This document shows, one piece after another, positions 41,855-49,798 of a stretch of DNA of 64,000 nt. The translations under genes were made by a program, and so were the position numbers. The DNA is from an uncultured Candidatus Rokubacteria bacterium. GTDB taxonomy: Bacteria; Methylomirabilota; Methylomirabilia; Rokubacteriales; DASRDR01. The DNA lies in the NCBI GenBank assembly GCA_963805625.1, contig CAWDVE010000010.1:416001-480000 (forward strand), in the 5' to 3' direction. The notes below the pieces were generated by a model. It saw only the letters and a program-made list of their open reading frames with translations, did not search any database and was not told the DNA's origin. Numbering within the stretch: the stretch's first letter is position 1; each line of letters starts with the position of its first letter.

Positions 41855-43399
41855 CTAGGACCGCGAGCTCTGCCGGTAGAAGGGATCGAGCGACCCGGGA
41901 TCGAGCCATCCGTCGTAGAAGCGGCGCACGTGCGGGAACAGGCCGCGCGACAGCCGGCGGCGATGCTCCTCGTCGGGAGCGAGCGGTCGCCGGAGCGCCG
42001 CCGCCAGCTCCTCGAGGACGGCGGCCTTGTCGACGCGGGTCACGCGTCCGTCCCGGAGCACGACCTCCCCGGCGACCAGCACCGTGTCGATGGCCGCCGC
42101 ACGGGCGCGGTGCACGATGGCGTCGAGCACCGGCGTGCCTGCCTCGAGGTAGGGGTGGGCGACGGAGCGCCAAGGCAGCAGCACGAGGTCGGCCGCCCGG
42201 CCGGCCGAGACCACGCCGAGGCGGTCGCCGAAGGGCGTGGTGGCGGCGCCGTCCTCGGTCGCCATGCGGAAGACCTGGGCGCTGGTCGGCACGTCGTCGC
42301 CCATCCCGGGGACGCGGTGGAGCCGGAGCGCCAGACGCATCTCCTGGAGCATGTCACGGTCGTCGTTGATGCCAGCCTCGTCCAGCCCGATCCCGAGCCG
42401 CACGCCGGCCGCCAGGAAGCGGTTCACCGGCGCGATGCCGCTGCGGAGCCGGAGATTCGAACTCGGATTGGTGCAGATCATGACGCCCCGCCCAGCGACC
42501 CGGTCAACGTCCCGCTCTGTGAGCCAGACGCCGTGCCCCAGTGTCAGGCGCGAACCCAGGAGGCCCAGCCGGTCGAGGTGCTCCACCGCGGTGCCGCCCG
42601 TCCGCCGGCGTGCGTACTCGCGCTGGTAGGCGGTCTCGTCGAGATGCATGTGCATCCCCACCTCGTGCCGGGCCGAGCTCTCTCCGAGCGCCGTCAGCGC
42701 GGCGTCGGAGCACCAGTGGAGGTTGGCCGGGGCGAGCTGGATGCGCGTCCTGCCACCCCGGTTTCGGCCGTGCGCCTCCCAGAGGCTCCGGAACAGATCG
42801 AGCTGATCGGCCACCGGGATCACCTGTCCGGTGAGGAAGGCGTCGACGTCGGGAGCGAGATCTGGCGGCAGGCGCCGGACGAACACCTGGTCGGCCTCGT
42901 ACGCGAGCCGGTTCTGGTCCCGGAGCATGTACGAGTACGAGACGCGCATCCCCACGTCCTGGTAGGCCTGGAGGATGCGGTCGGCGACCTCACGCACGCG
43001 CGACGCGGGCGAGCCTCGCCAGCCGTGGATGTGCTGGACGGTGGTGATCCCGGATTCGAGCATCTCGAAGGCCGAGTAGAGCGTGTCGAGATACGGGTCG
43101 ACCGCCCGGGCGCCGAGCCGGCTCGCGAACCAAAGCTCGAGGGGATGGTCGGGCGAGCCGAGCTGGAACGGGGTGAGCCCCACGTGGTGGTGGGCATTCA
43201 CGAACCCCGGAAGCACGACGTGGTCCGGCGAGCCCAGCACCGCGTCCGCCGGGTGCCGGTGCCGGAGCGTCTCGTATGGCCCGACGTCCTGGATGACGCC
43301 GTCGTGCTGGAAGACGGCCGCGTCTTCCAGCACCTCCGCTCCATCCCGGCCGACGGCCCGGGTTACCACGTAGCGCCCGCGGACCAGGGACGACGGCAT
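41855..43399 (-). CDS. Amidohydrolase (MTA/SAH deaminase, AtzA-like)
   Basis: PGFVNAHHH, HMHLDE, GHGVW, NLRLRSG, GLDE; ATG 43399 with GGAGG SD. Confidence 0.9.
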   Translation of the reverse strand: MPSSLVRGRYVVTRAVGRDGAEVLEDAAVFQHDGVIQDVGPYETLRHRHPADAVLGSPDHVVLPGFVNAHHHVGLTPFQLGSPDHPLELWFASRLGARAVDPYLDTLYSAFEMLESGITTVQHIHGWRGSPASRVREVADRILQAYQDVGMRVSYSYMLRDQNRLAYEADQVFVRRLPPDLAPDVDAFLTGQVIPVADQLDLFRSLWEAHGRNRGGRTRIQLAPANLHWCSDAALTALGESSARHEVGMHMHLDETAYQREYARRRTGGTAVEHLDRLGLLGSRLTLGHGVWLTERDVDRVAGRGVMICTNPSSNLRLRSGIAPVNRFLAAGVRLGIGLDEAGINDDRDMLQEMRLALRLHRVPGMGDDVPTSAQVFRMATEDGAATTPFGDRLGVVSAGRAADLVLLPWRSVAHPYLEAGTPVLDAIVHRARAAAIDTVLVAGEVVLRDGRVTRVDKAAVLEELAAALRRPLAPDEEHRRRLSRGLFPHVRRFYDGWLDPGSLDPFYRQSSRS

Positions 43400-43407
43400 C
43401 TCGCCTC

Positions 43408-44166
43408 CTAGCGGGCCGTCACGCCACCGTCGGCGACGACGATCGCTCCCGTCATGAACGACGCCTCGTCCGACGCGAGGAAGTGGATCACGCTCGCGAT
43501 CTCCTCCGGCCGGCCCAGCCGCCCGAGCAGGGTCGAGTCCATCTCGGCGCGCAGCTTGGCCTGGGGGTCGGGCGCCCGCGCGACCGCGCCACGGAGGAGC
43601 GGCGTGTCGACGGGTCCCGGACAGACACAGTTGACCCGGATGTGGTCGGACGCATGGTCGACGGCGAGCGCCCGCGTCAGCTGCACCACCGCCCCCTTGG
43701 TGGCGCCGTACATGGCGCTTCGCCGCGAGCCGACCAGCCCGAGCTCCGAGGCGATGTTGACGATCACCCCGCCGCCGCCGCGGCGCATGGGCGGGATCAC
43801 CGCCCGGCAGCAGAGGAAGGTGCCGGTCAGGTTCACCGCGCAGAGGGTGTGCCATTCCACCATCGTCGCCTCGTCGATCGTGACGGGCCGCGGCGTTCCG
43901 ATCCCGGCCGCGTTGACGAGCGCGTCCACGCGCTGCGCGCGGGACAGCACCGCGTCCACCATGGCACGGACCTCTCCCTCGTCGGCGATGTCCGTCCGGA
44001 TGCCCCATGCGTCGCCGCCGGCCGTCACGATGGCCCGGGCGGCCTCCTCGGGATCGGCGCGATCGACCACCGCCACGCGCGCGCCCTCGCGCGCGAGGCG
44101 CCTGGCAGTTGCCAGTCCGATCCCCGACGCCCCACCCGTGACGATGGCGACGCAGCCAGGCTTCAT
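43408..44166 (-). CDS. SDR family oxidoreductase
   Basis: TGGASGIG, NAAG, YGATK, NCVCPGPVDT. Confidence 0.95.
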   Translation of the reverse strand: MKPGCVAIVTGGASGIGLATARRLAREGARVAVVDRADPEEAARAIVTAGGDAWGIRTDIADEGEVRAMVDAVLSRAQRVDALVNAAGIGTPRPVTIDEATMVEWHTLCAVNLTGTFLCCRAVIPPMRRGGGGVIVNIASELGLVGSRRSAMYGATKGAVVQLTRALAVDHASDHIRVNCVCPGPVDTPLLRGAVARAPDPQAKLRAEMDSTLLGRLGRPEEIASVIHFLASDEASFMTGAIVVADGGVTAR

Positions 44167-44242
44167 GTCTGGACCCCCTTGTTCGGCGTGCTCCTGCCGG
44201 CTCCGCTATCAGCGGCCGGGCGGACCACCGCGTCAAGCTCGA

Positions 44243-44899
44243 TCAGCGGCGCTTCCAGACCGGCTCCTCGAGATGGCTGACCCGTGTCGCGCGCCCGTGG
44301 AGGATCACCTCGCGGAGCTGGTAGAGGATGGCCGCTGTCGGCGCGTGGATCAGAGTCCCGAGCAGCGGCAGCTGAACGACGGGCCGCTCGCGCTCCGGTA
44401 CCGTCAGGAAGCGCGGAACGTCCGGCGCATCGAGATCGGCGAGCAGGACTCGGTGGATCGAGGCGACCTCGGTTGGGTTGGCAAGGAGCCCGACGGCCGG
44501 TCCCGCCCACACGACGACGGGGGTGACGACGAATCCCGACCGCGTCGGATAGTCATCCAGGCAGCCGAGCACCGTGGTCTCGTCGAGCGTGAGGCCGACC
44601 TCCTCGGCAAGCTCGCGGAGGGCGGCGCTTGATGCACTCTCCCCCGGATCGATTCGGCCGCCCGGCAACGCCCACTGTCCGCCGTGAGCGCGGAGGCCAG
44701 GGGCCCGGCGCGTCAGGAGGAAGGTCGCACGCCGCTCGTCGTCCGGGAGCAGGACCGCGGCCACGGCGGCGGGCCGGCGGCCGCCCAGCGGGATCGCCTG
44801 GCGCGAGAAGGCGGCGAGATGAGCCTCCACGTGCGCCCGGAATGCGGCGTCGTGGCGCGATCGGGCGGGATCCCAGCTCGCCTGCCCGGGCGTCCTCAT
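44243..44899 (-). CDS. NUDIX CoA pyrophosphatase-like
   Basis: LTRRAPGLRAHGGQWALPGG...AALRELAEEVG. Confidence 0.9.
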   Translation of the reverse strand: MRTPGQASWDPARSRHDAAFRAHVEAHLAAFSRQAIPLGGRRPAAVAAVLLPDDERRATFLLTRRAPGLRAHGGQWALPGGRIDPGESASSAALRELAEEVGLTLDETTVLGCLDDYPTRSGFVVTPVVVWAGPAVGLLANPTEVASIHRVLLADLDAPDVPRFLTVPERERPVVQLPLLGTLIHAPTAAILYQLREVILHGRATRVSHLEEPVWKRR

Positions 44900-44921
44900 G
44901 GTTACGCTGTGAGCGCTCCCG

Positions 44922-45827
44922 CTATCTCGCCTGCCCGAGAAAGGCGATGACGGCGTCCGAGACCACCGCGGGCTGCTCGCGGGAGGCGAAGTGCCCGGCG
45001 TCCGGGATCACCTGGCGGGAATAGCCCCTGGAGAACAGGTGGGCTTCCCCTTCCGAGGTGTGGACCGGATCGACCGTGTCGTCCTGCCCGTGGAGCACGA
45101 GCGTCGGAACCTGGATCGGAGGGCGGGTTGCCAGACGCGCCTCGGCCGCCGCGAAGCGCGGCTGTCCGGGGGCGTTCCCGTGCCGGTGGCGGTACGAGTG
45201 GATGACGACATCCACGAAGTCGGGGTTGTCGAGGGACGGAAGGGTGCGATCGAGCGTGGCGTCGTCGAACCGCCAGCCGGGCGACCATGTGCGCCACAGG
45301 AGCCGGCAGATCTCACGCCGGTTCCGCGCCAGGCCGCGCCGTCCGCGGTCGGTGTTGAAGTACCACTGGTACCAGAGCCGCGCCTCTTGCTCCGGGTCCT
45401 CTGGATGTGCCGCCTTCGCGATGTCCTGGATGGCGTAGCCGCCGACGCTCACCAGGGCGCCCACGCGCTCCGGGTGGAGCGCCGCGACGATGCAGACGGC
45501 CCGGGCGCCCCAGTCCTGGCCGACGAGCGAGACGCGGCGGAGACCGAGGACGTCGATCAGGTCGATCAGATCCTGGCCGAGCGCAGCCTGCTGGGCCGTA
45601 CGGGACCGCGCCGGATCGAGGAACCGCGTCGGGCCGAAGCCCCGGAGGTAGGGAACGATGACGCGGTAGCCAGCGCCGACGAGTCGCGGGACCACGTCGT
45701 CCCAGGCCCGGGCATCGTCCGGGAACCCGTGGAGCAGCATCACGACCGGGTCAGCCAAGTTTCCGTGTTCCTCGTAGCCGATCTCCAGGGTGTCGGTTCG
45801 AGCTCGCCTGATGGGCACAGTCTGCAT
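44922..45827 (-). CDS. Alpha/beta hydrolase (epoxide hydrolase-like)
   Basis: HGFPD, GQDWG nucleophile elbow, GHF. Confidence 0.92.
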   Translation of the reverse strand: MQTVPIRRARTDTLEIGYEEHGNLADPVVMLLHGFPDDARAWDDVVPRLVGAGYRVIVPYLRGFGPTRFLDPARSRTAQQAALGQDLIDLIDVLGLRRVSLVGQDWGARAVCIVAALHPERVGALVSVGGYAIQDIAKAAHPEDPEQEARLWYQWYFNTDRGRRGLARNRREICRLLWRTWSPGWRFDDATLDRTLPSLDNPDFVDVVIHSYRHRHGNAPGQPRFAAAEARLATRPPIQVPTLVLHGQDDTVDPVHTSEGEAHLFSRGYSRQVIPDAGHFASREQPAVVSDAVIAFLGQAR

Positions 45828-45884
45828 CGCTAGGTCTCCTCGCGGTGGGCTGCCGGCGCCGCGATCCGGGGTCGCACGCCGATC

Positions 45885-46664
45885 CTAGGACAACCGGTCA
45901 GCGACCACGGCCCAGGCGGTCGCCACGCGCCGGATGCCGGGGATCCGCGCGACGGTGGCGTCGAGGCGATCGTAGGCGATGCCGGTCCAGGGCGCCATCG
46001 GCACGCGCCGCGACAGCCGCCCCCACACGTTACGCGGCAGCACGTGGAAGGCGCGACAGCCCTCGACACGGAACCCCGCGCGTTCGAACAGGGCGCACGC
46101 TTCGCGCCGGGTATAGGTCCGCTCGTGATGGAACCGGCCGAGCCGCCGCCCAATCCATTCGGTGTACGCGTGGCGGTTCGGGAGGTGGTACGTGAAGAGC
46201 CGGCCGCCGGGCCGGAGGACGCGGCGCAGCTCCGCCAGAGCGGCGCGCTCGTCGTCCACGTGCTCGAGGACGCCACAGTTGAGGACGGCGTCGAACGCGC
46301 CATCCACGAACGGAAGATTCGGGCCCGGGGTCACGACGTAAGGCACCTCGGCCTTCCGGAGGAGCCCGGCGGCCGCGCCTTTGTCCTCCACGTCGTAGGC
46401 CACCACGCGCACCCCCTGGGCCCGGAGGAGGAGGCTCGTCTGTCCCCATCCCGCGCCCCAGTCGAGCACCCGCCCCTGCCCGACCCACGCTGCCACCTCC
46501 GCCGCGATGGCCAGGTACTGCGCGAGGCCGACCGAGCTCGCGATGTTCGAGCACTCCGGGCGCTCGGCGAGGTGGCGCCGGCCGAAGGCCAGGACACGCG
46601 CGGCGGCGGCTTCCACCGGTCCAGGGCTTACGGACCCAGGCCACACGGCTCCGGTGGAGCTCAA
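45885..46664 (-). CDS. Class I SAM-dependent methyltransferase
   Basis: VLDWGAGWG, LPFVDGAFDAV, VLEHV, RVLRPGG; TTG start overlaps nfo stop (start uncertain). Confidence 0.88.
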   Translation of the reverse strand: MSSTGAVWPGSVSPGPVEAAAARVLAFGRRHLAERPECSNIASSVGLAQYLAIAAEVAAWVGQGRVLDWGAGWGQTSLLLRAQGVRVVAYDVEDKGAAAGLLRKAEVPYVVTPGPNLPFVDGAFDAVLNCGVLEHVDDERAALAELRRVLRPGGRLFTYHLPNRHAYTEWIGRRLGRFHHERTYTRREACALFERAGFRVEGCRAFHVLPRNVWGRLSRRVPMAPWTGIAYDRLDATVARIPGIRRVATAWAVVADRLS

Positions 46665-47560
46665 CGACGCCGGCCCGACCCGCGACGCAGGCCGCGGAGG
46701 GTCGCCAGGTTTCGGGCGTCGCCGTCGTCGCGCTTCGGCGTCTCGAGGATCATGGGAAGTGTTCCCAGACGAGGGTGATCGAGGAGGAAGCGAAAGGCCG
46801 CGAGGCCGATGTGTCCGGCCCCGATGCTCTCGTGGCGATCGAGTTTCGAGCCCAGCCCCGCCTTCGAGTCGTTCAGGTGGAAGGCCGCCAGCCGTCCGAG
46901 CCCCACCGCGCGATCGAATTCGGCGAGCACCGCCGCAAAGCCCCGGGGCGTGCGGATGTCATACCCCGCCGCGAATAGGTGACACGTGTCCATGCAGAGG
47001 GCCAGGCGCTCGGGCCGACGGACTCGAGCGAAGATCGCGCCGAGCTCCTCCGCCCGGGAGCCGAGGACGTGTCCGGCTCCGGCCGTGTTCTCGAGGGCGA
47101 CCCGGACGTTCCATCCCTCGGTGCGGTGGGCGATCTCGTCCAGCGCTGTGATGAGCCGGTCGAGCCCCTCCTGCGTACCGGCGCCCCGGTGCGATCCTGG
47201 GTGGAGAACGACGAAGGGAAGGCGAAGGCGCTCGGCGCGCTCGAGGTCGTCCCGGAGGGCGCCCACGGCCCGAGCCCGCTCATCCGCGGACGGCGTCGCC
47301 AGGTTGATGAGATAGTTCGCGTGAGCGCACGCAGTGCGCATCCCCGAGGTGACGAGCTCACGCCGGAACTCGAGAGCCTCGTCCTCGTCCAGGCGGCGGC
47401 CGGCCCACCTGAGCTGGTTCTTGACGAAGATCTGCACGACGCCACACCCGGCCGCCACGCCGCGCCGGACCGCATTCGGCAGGCCGCCGGCGATCGACAT
47501 GTGCGCACCGAGGTTGTCGGACGCGGCAGCGCCCCGGACGCCGGCGCCCGGCGGACTCAG
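46661..47560 (-). CDS. nfo: Endonuclease IV (probable CTG start at 47560)
   Basis: LGAHMSIAGG, HANYLINL, HPGSH, ENTAG, DTCH, HLNDSK, DRHESIG, ILETPK. Confidence 0.95.
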   Translation of the reverse strand: MSPPGAGVRGAAASDNLGAHMSIAGGLPNAVRRGVAAGCGVVQIFVKNQLRWAGRRLDEDEALEFRRELVTSGMRTACAHANYLINLATPSADERARAVGALRDDLERAERLRLPFVVLHPGSHRGAGTQEGLDRLITALDEIAHRTEGWNVRVALENTAGAGHVLGSRAEELGAIFARVRRPERLALCMDTCHLFAAGYDIRTPRGFAAVLAEFDRAVGLGRLAAFHLNDSKAGLGSKLDRHESIGAGHIGLAAFRFLLDHPRLGTLPMILETPKRDDGDARNLATLRGLRRGSGRRR

Positions 47561-48018
47561 CCGAGCTTCTTCACCTCGTCCAGGATCCTCGCCGGATCGG
47601 GCAGTACACCCCGCCCGTGGCGCTCCACGAACCGGACCAGACCCTGCCTGTCGATCACGAACGTCGCGCGATGGCACGCGTTGAGCTCCGGCCAGTGGAT
47701 CCCGTAGCGCTTGACCACATCCCGGTGGATATCCGACAGCAAGGGATACGAGATCCCGCCGAGCGACTTCGCCCAGGCGGCGTGACTGTAGATCGAATCG
47801 CATGAGATACCCACGACCTGGGCATCCGCGGCCTCGAAGTCCCGGAATCGGGCCTCGAAGGCCGGCATCTCCTTGGTTCAGCCTGGGGTCCAGTCAAGAA
47901 CGTAGAAGAGCAGAACGACGGGCTTCCCCCGCTGCGCGGCCAGGCTCCACTCCTTGCCCCCGATCCCCTGCAGTCGGATGTCCGGCGCCGTCTCACCCAC
48001 CTTCGGCATCTCCGACAT
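47557..48018 (-). CDS. Peroxiredoxin (AhpC/TSA, AhpE-like) selenoprotein; UGA at 47878-47880 read as Sec
   Basis: In-frame join of ORFs 47878..48078 and 47557..47868: VVLLFYVLDWTPG-UGA-TKEMPAF; UGA at the peroxidatic Cys position; SD GGGAGGGAG. Confidence 0.88.
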
Positions 48019-48055
48019 GATGCTCCCTCCCCTGATTCGTGGCCGCGAGGAGGGC

Positions 48056-48931
48056 TCACGGCCCGCCGATCGCCTCACGCGTGTCGGGCCGGTCCCGCCG
48101 CCGCCGGGCCCAGAGCGCGGCCCGCCAGGCTTCGAGGCACTCGTCGCGGCGACCCAGGTACTCCGCTGCCGTCACGACCCGCCCGGTGTCGAACGCCTGG
48201 GCGAGGCGCTCCCGGAATCGCGGCTCGCGCACCGCGTGATGGTCGATGATCACGCGGCAACCCGTTTCCCCGACCAGACGGACCAGGTTGTCGATCCCCC
48301 GCTGCAGGACGTCGTGTCCCACCTGGCTTTGGAGGTAGGTCGGCGGGCCCGAAAGGTAGACGAGGTCCGGGCGCTCTCGCAGGAGATACGCGGTGGCAAC
48401 CGGCGAGGCCGGGCCCTGGAGGTCCGACGCGTGGACGAACCGCATGCCGTCATCCACCGTCACCGCCACGACGTGCCCGAACTCGGACCCATCCTGCCCG
48501 TGAGGGAGTGGTGGCGAGAAGCGCACGGTCACGCCGTCGAGTTCCACCTGCTGCCCCTCCGCCGGCTCGAGACGGCAGTGGGGGCGCACCGCTCGCCAGA
48601 ACTCGCGCCCCTGGGCGGCCTGGTGGCGGTCGATCGCCAAACGCGGATCCTTCGCCCAGACCTGACGGCCGGTGTAGAGGGCGGGATCCGTCCGAAAGTG
48701 ATCGGCGTGAAAGTGACTCACCGCCACGTGTGTGGCGCGGACGGCGTAGGCGTCGATCCGGAGGCGAGCGCGCGCCAACGCCTCCTCCTCGGCGGGGGCC
48801 GGGTCGAGACCGTACCGGCGTGGTGCCAGGGTCGCGCCGGGGTCGATGAGGAGGCGAAGCGCCCCGGCCTCCACGTAGGTCGCCATCGACCGGACGCCCA
48901 GCGAGTCGGCCGCGAGCGGCATCACGCGCAC
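48056..48931 (-). CDS. UPF0282-like metallo-beta-lactamase-fold hydrolase
   Basis: PLAADSLGVRSMAT, IDPG, SHFHADH, PLPHG, SDLQGP, IDHH. Confidence 0.8.
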   Translation of the reverse strand: MRVMPLAADSLGVRSMATYVEAGALRLLIDPGATLAPRRYGLDPAPAEEEALARARLRIDAYAVRATHVAVSHFHADHFRTDPALYTGRQVWAKDPRLAIDRHQAAQGREFWRAVRPHCRLEPAEGQQVELDGVTVRFSPPLPHGQDGSEFGHVVAVTVDDGMRFVHASDLQGPASPVATAYLLRERPDLVYLSGPPTYLQSQVGHDVLQRGIDNLVRLVGETGCRVIIDHHAVREPRFRERLAQAFDTGRVVTAAEYLGRRDECLEAWRAALWARRRRDRPDTREAIGGP

Positions 48932-48962
48932 CGCTGCCCTCCGGCCGGTTCCGCCCGGGATG

Positions 48963-49451
48963 TCATGTCCGGGCGCCGTCAATGCTGCGCTTGAGATCGG
49001 TGACGTCGCCGCCGGTCACTCGGCACAGTTCGGCCGGTGTGATCGGGAACACGGCGTGCGGCGTTCCGGCCGCCGCGATCAGACGATCGTAGCCGAGGAG
49101 GTCGCGGTCGATGAACACGCGGATTGGCCGCGGATGGCCGACGGGCGGGACCCCGCCGATCGCGTACCCCGTGGACTCACGCACGGCGTCGGCGTCGGCG
49201 CGGCGGACGGGCTGACCGCTCAGCTCGGCGAGGCGCCGCTCGTCCGCCTGGTTCGCCCCGGACACGAGCACCAGGATAGGCTCGTCACCCGCCAGGAAGA
49301 CCAGCGACTTCACGATCTGTCCCACGGCCACGCCACAGGCGGCGGCGGCCTGAGCCGCCGTGCGCGCACTCTCGGCAAGCACGATAACCTCGCCCTCGAC
49401 GCCAAGGGCTTGGAGGGCAGCCCGTACGCGGGCCGCCGCAGGCGGGATCAC
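48963..49451 (-). CDS. YbaK/EbsC family aminoacyl-tRNA deacylase
   Basis: QIVKSLVF, TGYAIGGVPPVGH, AAGTP; GTGA overlap. Confidence 0.92.
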   Translation of the reverse strand: MIPPAAARVRAALQALGVEGEVIVLAESARTAAQAAAACGVAVGQIVKSLVFLAGDEPILVLVSGANQADERRLAELSGQPVRRADADAVRESTGYAIGGVPPVGHPRPIRVFIDRDLLGYDRLIAAAGTPHAVFPITPAELCRVTGGDVTDLKRSIDGART

Positions 49452-49798
49452 GTGAGGAGCTCCAGACGGAACCGGCGAGCCGGCCCGGACCGCGCCGTGG
49501 TCGCCCACCGGTAGCGACGGAGGTCGATCCGGCCTCGGGCGAAGCGTACCCCCTCGCCCTCGAGGAGCAGGCGCTGGGTCAGCGCCCCGCTACCGTCACC
49601 GCGCTGGCTGATCGTTCCGCGCCCGTTCACGACGCGGTGCCACGGCACACCCGCCGGGCAGACCCGCATTGCGTGCCCCACGGCGCGGGCGGCGCGGGGC
49701 GCCCCGAGGAGCGCCGCGACCTGCCCATAGGTCACGACGCGCCCGGCCGGCACGCGGCGCACCAGCGCGTGGACGCGCTTTTCGAGTCCACCCGTCAT
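49448..49798 (-). CDS. Alkyltransferase-like (ATL) protein, MGMT family
   Basis: VPAGRVVTYGQVA, ARAVG, VPWHRV (Trp in place of the catalytic Cys of PCHR). Confidence 0.9.
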   Translation of the reverse strand: MTGGLEKRVHALVRRVPAGRVVTYGQVAALLGAPRAARAVGHAMRVCPAGVPWHRVVNGRGTISQRGDGSGALTQRLLLEGEGVRFARGRIDLRRYRWATTARSGPARRFRLELLT

